From Ostreococcus lucimarinus (Eukaryota): DNA of 64,000 nucleotides. The translations under genes were made by a program, and so were the position numbers. The stretch is taken from NCBI GenBank assembly GCA_000092065.1, contig CP000581.1; one strand, 5' to 3'. The notes below the pieces were generated by a model that was not told the DNA's origin, did not search any database, and saw only the letters and a list, made by a program, of their open reading frames with translations. Below are positions 56,855-64,000 of this stretch, one piece after another; positions within the stretch are counted from its first letter, which is position 1, and every line of letters begins with the position of its first letter.

Positions 56855-59800
56855 GTGAACGATCCGCAGACGTATCTCGCGCGTTCGCCGGATTTTGCGG
56901 ACGTGCTGACGATATGGGACTCGTATCACGCGAATCACGCGCAAAAGGTGTGCGCGCCTCTGCTCGCGATGTGCGGAACGATGATGACGCGAGGAAGGGA
57001 CGACGCGGGCGAGGGGACGTCGACGAGGGAGCGGTTAGCGTTGGATTCCCTCGCGCGGGCGATCATGACGAGGAGGATGCGGCACGTGTACGGGCATTTA
57101 GGAAGTGGGGTTCGAGTGCGAGTGAATGCGGCTTTGATTTTACTCGCGGCGATCGTCGGGAGAGGGAAGCGGAACGCCGCGGAGTTGTTTCGTACGTTTG
57201 ATTTTTCGCTCGCGGCGTTGCCTAAGATTGCGTCGCCGCCGCGAGAGGTGCGAGATGGTGGTGTTTCGTCGAAACGTAAGAAGGAGCCGAGTGATGTTCT
57301 CGCGGGATCGACGCGAAGGGCGTTTTGTGAGTTCGTACTTGCGTTTTTCTCCACAAAGGATCGCGCGTTGCTGCGTCCGGTGCTAGCGCAGCGCGTGTTG
57401 TTTGGAAACGTGGCGCGCTTCGCGGCTGGTGATGAGGCAGAAATGCAGTTCAGAATGTTAGAAGTCATGAAAGAGGACGTGATGGCGAGTGATAGTGGTA
57501 TACCCGCGCGGCTTCGCGCGGCTTTGTTTGGAGACGTCACCCTTGAACAGCTCGCCACCATCGCGGGGCAGAGCGAAGACGAGGAATCGACGTCAGGACG
57601 AGTTGCGGCGATGGCGACGAGAGTGCTTTCGGAGCTTTTCACGGATCCGGCACACGGGTTAGTGCCCGACGGATCGACGACATCGTCGAAAAAGTGCGCC
57701 TCAGTTGTTCGACTCCTACAAAAGCTTCGACCGATTGAATGCGACGCGCACTTGAAGATTCTTCTCCTCGCGTGCGAGACGCATCCATTGCTCGCGACGA
57801 TGTATTTGCCGGGAGCGAAGTACACTTTAGAGCCACGCCTGTCCGCGCATTGGCTCAACAGCGCGAGTCTACTTGGAAGAATAGCCGTCGCCGCAGGTAA
57901 AGATGCAGCATCTTCGGCGGCGGCGGCTCGACTCGAAGCCTCAAGCGTCGTCGGTGAGAGCGAAGGCTCGGCGTTTATCAAAGCCGTTCTACCACCAGGT
58001 GTGAGTAAACAGACCTTGTCAAAAGGTTTAGCGCACAGCTCGCCGATCATTAGGCACGGCTCGCTGTGTTTATTAGTTCAAGTGACGCGAGCAGTCGCCG
58101 CGCGGCTGACGCACTTGGACGCCGCCATCGTAGACGCTCGAAACAGTGGAAGCGATCAGATATGGCGAGTAGAAGAGTTAGCGTCGTACGCACGATTAGC
58201 CGCGACGACATACTTACCGGAAATTCAGTCCATAATGACTGCGTACACGGCGAGCAAGGGGTTGAGTACGTCCGAAAAGGAAGCCACGGCGGCGTTGCTC
58301 GCGCGATGCCACGCCCTCAACGCAATGGCGACGCAGATAAGCGTCATTCCCGAGACGCTCGTGGACGCGAAGGTCGATGTGAACAAATTACTGCCTACAA
58401 ATGATCCCACAAGCTTGGCACCGGCAGAGCTTGCGGCTGTCGTGCGCGTGCTTTGCTCCGCTAGGGGCTTGAAGGAGGCGGCGGGCGATGACGTGTCGAC
58501 GACGACGACGTTGATCCAGGAATCAGGCGTCAATCAGGGACACCTGCTATCTGTTTTGCGCGTCGTGATTTTTGCCACATCGCCTGATGCTCGTGCGTCA
58601 GCAAGACGTCTTGCGAAGCATTACTTGGTGACTTCAGGAGCGTTGGACGGTCGCACTGCGGAAGCCGACGTGTGGATTGATAAACTAACGTCTTTCAAGG
58701 TCGATGGCTTTGAATACTCTCGCGATGTTTTGATGTCATGCACCGAGTTTTTGGCGGAAGCCACGACTGCGGCGGCGCGACGACGATTTAAGCACGACTC
58801 GGTGATACAAACCGCGTTAAAGGAAACGAAAGATAACCGCCCTGAGCGGTACGTCGTGGAAGATTTGTCCGACGATTACCTCAACGCCGCGACGCTTTCA
58901 GTGAGTGCGCTCGCCGTGACAGCGTGCGAGAGCATCGTCAAAGTGCTTAAAAGTGAAAAACGTGATAGCGCGTTTAAGCTTTCCGTCAGTGCGTACGCGG
59001 CATCCGCATTGATGAGCATCGTACAGACGAGCTTTGATCCTTGGGCGCTCGCGTCAATTGCACTTGAAGCCATCAGTGATGAAGTAGCTGGAGCGTACGT
59101 GGCAATGGGGTCGCTTCGCGAGTTTTTGTGCAACTGTACGAGCGAGACAGTCGAGCAACAATTGGTCCCTCGCTCCGGTTCCGTTCCACGAGGAAAACGC
59201 CCGAATGAGTGGTCAATCAGCGAACTGTCTGAAGCGCTCGGACATTTGGCGTCGCTTTCTCCGGAGGATCGAGGACTGGTGCTTTTCTGCGCGCATGCCC
59301 ATATTCCAACGATTGGATTTATCAGCGCAGAATTAGCCTGTCTAACTCTCTACGGCACGGTGAATACGGTCGACGAAAACGTTGAACTGACGACGGCGCT
59401 CGTTAACAGCCTTGCGGCAGCCGACGTAATCGCGGCGTGCGCGTCTGGACCACGTCCCGTGTTGGGTATGAGTATGACTCACGCTTCGCCGGCGTACGAG
59501 CTTTGTTCGCGTGCGATCGCGATGTGCCCGTTGCGTGAGGTTGTCCGCACCTCTCGCGCGCTCGTCTTTTGGTGCAAATGGAACCACGCGCGCGGCGACG
59601 CCAAGACAACGTCGCGACTTATCGAGCTCTGTAAAGTCGTGCTCAGTCGTGCGCGACAAGAATGTCATGACCTACTACGCGAAGTTCAAGTCGTGTTGCT
59701 CGCAACGACAGCAATGTACGCCATTTTAGACGATTCAACAAGTTCCGCCGTGTCGGATCTCGTAATGTTTGGCGCTGCTCTCGCGTGTGATGGCAAAGGC

Positions 59801-62800
59801 GAACTCTACCGGCCTTACGTCCTGCGTTCGGTGGAGAGTTTGACGTCCACAATAAACGCGAAGTTCCAAAAAGTGTCCAAAATCGGTTCCCTGAACGTTT
59901 CACTGGTAGCTTTGGCATCGAACGAACAAAAGTTGAGCCTTTTGGAGATGAGCGAAGCGAATTCAATGCCGGAAGTGGCCGTTCTAATTGCCGAAGCCGT
60001 CGTGGACGCGCCGAGTTCGAGCTCGCCTGTGCGAATGCACGCTGTTCGTTTTGCCGTTCGCATCGCGTTGAGCGAAGCCTCGACTGATTCTCTCGTAAGA
60101 ACGTCGTGTCGAGTAGCAAAAGCTGCGATCGACTCACTGCACGCGCTCGAATCAAGAGAAGTACTCTCTGGAAGGGCACCGGACTTTGCCGCGGTGCCGG
60201 AGGCTTTGGATTTGGTTCAGAGCGTTGTGAATGATCACAGCTCGGAGGCCAGAGTGCAATTGGCGGCCTCGTTTTTAGCGCACTCGGAGTCGCTTGCGTC
60301 ATGGTATCTCACAGACGTATCCACGAAGAGCTTATCACACGATGATCTGTTCAAACTGTTGCCGCTGAGCGAACGAGCGATGTGCTGGAACGCGCTCTAC
60401 CACACTACGCCGAATGCCGAAGACTTGGCGACGGAGTACCGAAATCTCCTCATCGACGCGTGCTTCGAGGATGGTGACGTCATATCATCGTCCATATCCA
60501 ACCACGCCGTCGGAACACTGGTCTCATGCTTGCAAATCGCACCCTTCAGTGCTGATTCGTCTGAGTACGAGCGCTTCGTCGAACGCGCAACACCGCCACA
60601 GGGCTGGACCCGCGAAAGCGACATCGAAATCATTCGCGCGCAGATTGCCGTGAGGGTCTTTGTCGAGAGCGATGCACTCGACGAAAAGCTCAGGCTCGTG
60701 ACATGTCTGCTCCAATCTCTTGCGGCTTTGACACCTACCAACAAAATGATCAAGCGCGACGCTTCGGCGGAAAAATACCTCGCCGAATCCTTAACCAGAG
60801 CGCTGGATGAGATTCAACGACGACCGCTCTCGAGTCCGAGCGCGCCCGTTTTGAATCGGCTCGTAAATGCGTGCGAAGCGTTCATTTTGCAGTCTATCGC
60901 GCATAGGTTCCGCTCGCATCGACGATTTGGCGTCATCGGGCGAATTGGTGCCGTGTTAAACGAGCTCCAGTCGATCAGGACGCAAACGCACCTCGGCATG
61001 CAAACGCTCGCCGAGGGTGTCGTTTCGCAAATCGTCGCGCATCCCCTGTTCACGCGCGTTCTCACAACCGGGTCGAGTGATGACGATGCGACGTTACCCG
61101 CAAATGTTCGCGATATGCCAATCACCGTTAAGTCGATTATCGAAGTCGTCGAGGATACGTCAGCGTTTGAAACCGGCGCGGTGGCGTCAAACTCGAGTGA
61201 GTTGAAACTGGAATTGTTGCGCGTTTTGAACTCTTTCTGGAAATTACAAGATGCGAATGGGGCAAACGAGACGATCGCGTGCAGAAAGTGGCGCGCTGAA
61301 CGAGCGAACACACTCATAACGCTCGCTTCGGGATACGGCGCGACGATGAGCGAAACCGATCGCGTCGCGCAAGACTTGATGCTCGCCATCGACGCGAGCA
61401 CGGGCGGCGGCGCGTTGCGGTCGCTCGGATACCTCTGGGGCGAGTCAGTGACGCACTTCGTGAAAGCGACGATCGCAATTCGCAGAAATGAAAACGAAAG
61501 CTACGACGTCGAAGATTTGCTTTACTCCGAGCCGTCTCCAGCGCTTGTGGCGTCCGCTATTCGAGAGGGTTCGCCGCCCGATGCGCGCCGCGCGGCGGCG
61601 ACGGCTAATCGCTACCCTGTGACGCGATCAACGCCACCTTCAACGGCCATGGTGTCGGATGAAACACTCGATGAGTGCGTTTCTTTTGGATACGACCCTT
61701 CGTGGGTCCTTCCTTTTGCCCTGCGCTCGCTCATGACGGATGCCATGGATCCGCGCGAGGCGATCGCGTGGGGACTCGCCCCGCTAGCGGCGGCCGCGCT
61801 TTCATCTCACGATGAAGCCACGCGCCGAGTGGCGTACGCTATCCTATCGACGTTGGAGCATCGGGTTAGTGATCCAATGATGTCGTTCCGCGAGCGAACT
61901 CAAGTGTTGGCGTGCCTGAGCGCGATACGAAACGCGACGAGCGAGGCGTTGATTCGTTGGCCCTCGCCGAGCGCCGTGCTCACGGCTGAGTGCATGATTT
62001 CGTGTTTGTACCCCGAACTTGATACCTTCTTACCGCTTCAGAGGCAACTCAACAAGCGCGCGGCGCTCGATCTCGACGGTCTTCCCATGTTTCTTCCCAT
62101 GCTGAACAGCGGTGATGTTGACGCCAGACAGCACCGTTTTTGGATCCTTCGCTTGCTCCGAGCGTCGTTGAAGGATGACGTCGACGCCACGATGTTTCGT
62201 AAAACTTTCGCCTTGGAGGTGGTGATGAGTCATTACAGCACGACCTTAGCGGAGCCTTTCGTGCGGTTCCTCATGCTTGATCTCATCTCGCGCGCGTGCG
62301 CCGTGCAATTTGCCGCCCGACCTCTCGTCGAAGGCGGCGGTTTGATCGCTTGGTTGGCCTCTGTGGCGCGCGCGGCGTGCGTCGACGATGAGCACGGGAT
62401 TCGTTCCGGTGAATCCTCCAACTTGCGAGCGGCAACGGCAAGAAAAGCCGTTGAAGCACTTGTGGCGCTGATCCGCCAGAAAGGTTCGATTTATCTCGGT
62501 CCGACGGGTACGGCGGCGGATTATTTGTCGGCGTTGCAAACAATTCGCGGCGCCCTCTTGCGCGGCGACGCCCCGTCACACGCCGAAATCGCCAGTCGTC
62601 GCGCGGCACTCGGACCGTACTTGAAGCTTCACATAGAAATTGCGGAGCGATTACGCCGGCGCATCGCTGAAGTCGGCGATCCCGTGGAAATCGCCCGTTT
62701 GTGTCGCGCGGCGGATGAGGCGCCTAACGCGGCGGCGCTCCGAGACGACATGTTCAGAGTCGTCGTGACTTCCGAAGGCGGTGGTCAGTACGCCAAGCGG

Positions 62801-63397
62801 TGCACGCGCGAGACTTCTCGCGCACTCGCAGATGCAGTAACTTTTTCTGCTTCTTGGGCCGCCGCACACGCCGCCGATGTATCTGAGCGCGTGTCCAAAC
62901 GCGCCGGCGAGGACGCCTTCGAGGCGACGGCGCGTTGGTGCGCCAGCGCGCTCGCGAATGGGGGCGCTTCGTTCGTCAACGCGCTCATGAGCGCGCACGA
63001 GTGCGGTGGTGTCGTGCGATTTGCCAACATCATGACGGCGTGCGAACGCGCGTCGTGCGACGCCGCGCGTCGCGAGTTGCGACTCCCTTGCTTAGCCGCG
63101 CGGCTGTATCTCTTGCGCGCGGCGCAAGCCTTCGCCGACGAGTCGACGTCTGAAGCCGACGCCGCGATGAAGCGCGCGATCGCTGACGATAAAACCGACG
63201 ACTTTGTCGCCGGAGGCGCGCTCGATCGCGCCGTCGCCGCGACCGCCGCGGGAGACGCGACTGCGTTCGTCTTCGCGACGGCGCGTCTTCGCGCCGCCTT
63301 CGCAGGGGTGGGTTTCGCGCGCGCGCGCGACGACGCGAACGACGAAAACCAGCCGTCAAAGAAGAAACCCAAGAAGTCACGGGTGGCGTTGCGATGA
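56855..63397 (+). CDS. large (2180 aa) alpha-helical repeat protein, possibly a URB1/NPA1-like nucleolar pre-ribosomal-associated protein
   Basis: Single 6.5-kb ORF with balanced, Leu/Ala-rich helical composition and no low-complexity bias. The C-terminal basic tail KKKPKKSR is NLS-like. The family assignment rests on size and architecture only. Confidence 0.6.
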   Translation: MNDPQTYLARSPDFADVLTIWDSYHANHAQKVCAPLLAMCGTMMTRGRDDAGEGTSTRERLALDSLARAIMTRRMRHVYGHLGSGVRVRVNAALILLAAIVGRGKRNAAELFRTFDFSLAALPKIASPPREVRDGGVSSKRKKEPSDVLAGSTRRAFCEFVLAFFSTKDRALLRPVLAQRVLFGNVARFAAGDEAEMQFRMLEVMKEDVMASDSGIPARLRAALFGDVTLEQLATIAGQSEDEESTSGRVAAMATRVLSELFTDPAHGLVPDGSTTSSKKCASVVRLLQKLRPIECDAHLKILLLACETHPLLATMYLPGAKYTLEPRLSAHWLNSASLLGRIAVAAGKDAASSAAAARLEASSVVGESEGSAFIKAVLPPGVSKQTLSKGLAHSSPIIRHGSLCLLVQVTRAVAARLTHLDAAIVDARNSGSDQIWRVEELASYARLAATTYLPEIQSIMTAYTASKGLSTSEKEATAALLARCHALNAMATQISVIPETLVDAKVDVNKLLPTNDPTSLAPAELAAVVRVLCSARGLKEAAGDDVSTTTTLIQESGVNQGHLLSVLRVVIFATSPDARASARRLAKHYLVTSGALDGRTAEADVWIDKLTSFKVDGFEYSRDVLMSCTEFLAEATTAAARRRFKHDSVIQTALKETKDNRPERYVVEDLSDDYLNAATLSVSALAVTACESIVKVLKSEKRDSAFKLSVSAYAASALMSIVQTSFDPWALASIALEAISDEVAGAYVAMGSLREFLCNCTSETVEQQLVPRSGSVPRGKRPNEWSISELSEALGHLASLSPEDRGLVLFCAHAHIPTIGFISAELACLTLYGTVNTVDENVELTTALVNSLAAADVIAACASGPRPVLGMSMTHASPAYELCSRAIAMCPLREVVRTSRALVFWCKWNHARGDAKTTSRLIELCKVVLSRARQECHDLLREVQVVLLATTAMYAILDDSTSSAVSDLVMFGAALACDGKGELYRPYVLRSVESLTSTINAKFQKVSKIGSLNVSLVALASNEQKLSLLEMSEANSMPEVAVLIAEAVVDAPSSSSPVRMHAVRFAVRIALSEASTDSLVRTSCRVAKAAIDSLHALESREVLSGRAPDFAAVPEALDLVQSVVNDHSSEARVQLAASFLAHSESLASWYLTDVSTKSLSHDDLFKLLPLSERAMCWNALYHTTPNAEDLATEYRNLLIDACFEDGDVISSSISNHAVGTLVSCLQIAPFSADSSEYERFVERATPPQGWTRESDIEIIRAQIAVRVFVESDALDEKLRLVTCLLQSLAALTPTNKMIKRDASAEKYLAESLTRALDEIQRRPLSSPSAPVLNRLVNACEAFILQSIAHRFRSHRRFGVIGRIGAVLNELQSIRTQTHLGMQTLAEGVVSQIVAHPLFTRVLTTGSSDDDATLPANVRDMPITVKSIIEVVEDTSAFETGAVASNSSELKLELLRVLNSFWKLQDANGANETIACRKWRAERANTLITLASGYGATMSETDRVAQDLMLAIDASTGGGALRSLGYLWGESVTHFVKATIAIRRNENESYDVEDLLYSEPSPALVASAIREGSPPDARRAAATANRYPVTRSTPPSTAMVSDETLDECVSFGYDPSWVLPFALRSLMTDAMDPREAIAWGLAPLAAAALSSHDEATRRVAYAILSTLEHRVSDPMMSFRERTQVLACLSAIRNATSEALIRWPSPSAVLTAECMISCLYPELDTFLPLQRQLNKRAALDLDGLPMFLPMLNSGDVDARQHRFWILRLLRASLKDDVDATMFRKTFALEVVMSHYSTTLAEPFVRFLMLDLISRACAVQFAARPLVEGGGLIAWLASVARAACVDDEHGIRSGESSNLRAATARKAVEALVALIRQKGSIYLGPTGTAADYLSALQTIRGALLRGDAPSHAEIASRRAALGPYLKLHIEIAERLRRRIAEVGDPVEIARLCRAADEAPNAAALRDDMFRVVVTSEGGGQYAKRCTRETSRALADAVTFSASWAAAHAADVSERVSKRAGEDAFEATARWCASALANGGASFVNALMSAHECGGVVRFANIMTACERASCDAARRELRLPCLAARLYLLRAAQAFADESTSEADAAMKRAIADDKTDDFVAGGALDRAVAATAAGDATAFVFATARLRAAFAGVGFARARDDANDENQPSKKKPKKSRVALR

Positions 63398-64000
63398 AGA
63401 ACCATCGCGCGCGCGGATCGCGGGTGTATCCGAGGAATTATCGCAGTATGTAGCATTAGTAGCCGCGGGACGCGCGAGTCCGGTCCTCGGTCGATTGTAC
63501 AGTATTGTATTGTATTTCTACGTAAACCACCTTCGCCGCCGTCGTCTGTGTGATTGGTGAAGACCTCGCGATCTTTTACAATGTTGTTCAAAGGAATTGA
63601 ATGCTAATAGTTTGCTCTGGCTGATATTGGCTAAGAAGACGAGCGCGCATCGCCGCGAGCGTCGCGCGCGCTTTCGCGCGCGCGCCCCGCTACGCGCGCT
63701 CGTCGTCGTAATTTAAGTACCCCGCGCGGCGCACTTAAACGTTCACAACCTTTTGGATGATTTGGTTCGCGATCGCGGACGCTTGCGCATCCACTTGGCT
63801 CGCCGAATCCTTCTTCGCGGCATCCAACGCCGTCATCGCTTGCGCGATTTGCGCGTCAACCTCCGCCTTGGCCTTATCCGCGGCGGCGGCGACGTCGGCG
63901 TCCATCTTCGCCTTCATCGCCGTGACTTCGTTCGCGACTTCGGCGCGCGCGTTCGCGATGACCTTTTCCTTCTCCGCCTATCATCGATACCAAAATTTAA

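Noticed and set aside
1-64000. Prokaryotic operon, defence island or prophage reading of the window
   Set aside because: GT-AG introns, NEDD8-E1, RAD9, MSH2, SAMHD1-like, signal and transit peptides, and the absence of Shine-Dalgarno-spaced co-directional gene strings argue for a compact eukaryotic nuclear locus. PPK1 and cpSRP54 are bacterial-type but embedded among these genes.
63735-64000. Minus-strand Ala/Lys-rich ORF at the window edge, considered as plastid ATP-synthase subunit b'
   Set aside because: An in-frame TAG lies ~20 codons upstream of the first Met. That leaves at most ~80 aa of coiled-coil-like sequence without a TM anchor. It cannot be distinguished from a chance ORF or a terminal exon, so it was not called.

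Overview
This window is GC-rich (~65-70%) and gene-dense, and I read it as eukaryotic nuclear DNA rather than prokaryotic. About 28 long protein-coding genes alternate on both strands with intergenic gaps of only 15-200 bp.

Evidence for a eukaryotic origin:
- Typical eukaryotic gene products are present: MSH2, RAD9, the NEDD8-E1 regulatory subunit (APPBP1/ULA1/AXR1), a CDC48/AFG2-type double-AAA ATPase, SAMHD1-like HD dNTPase, ClpB/Hsp104, AFG1 and a front-end cyt-b5 desaturase.
- Several encoded proteins have Arg/Ala/Thr-rich N-terminal presequences, and plastid-type proteins are present: bacterial-type cpSRP54, the D1 C-terminal processing protease CtpA and a 2-Cys peroxiredoxin. This suggests a photosynthetic protist.
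- Two short GT-AG introns can be reconstructed by protein alignment, one in a GDSL/IAH1-like esterase and one in MSH2.
- A PDI-like gene carries an in-frame TGA at the CGHC active site, with a SECIS-like hairpin in its 3'UTR. Together with the compact, intron-poor, high-GC organisation this resembles Mamiellophyceae picoalgae, but that is inference only.

The most striking locus is an 11-kb single-exon gene (15280-26307, minus strand) encoding a 3675-aa coiled-coil protein. It contains three separate arrays of perfect or near-perfect in-frame tandem DNA duplications (885, 408 and 141 bp), a (Cys-Glu-Arg)5 microsatellite, and a recurring non-coiled motif, VKYTLPQxxxYxFEG.

Other notable items:
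- a bacterial-type polyphosphate kinase PPK1 with long N- and C-terminal extensions;
- a 2-Cys peroxiredoxin fused to thioredoxin;
- an AFG1 ATPase fused to an EF-hand;
- a fused LeuC-LeuD isopropylmalate dehydratase;
- a ZIP transporter with a degenerate second multi-TM half;
- many head-to-head gene pairs sharing bidirectional promoters only tens of bp long.

Because of the high GC content, long antisense and overlapping ORFs in the six-frame track are mostly artefacts and were not called. The track also accepts non-ATG starts, so several 5' ends are approximate.
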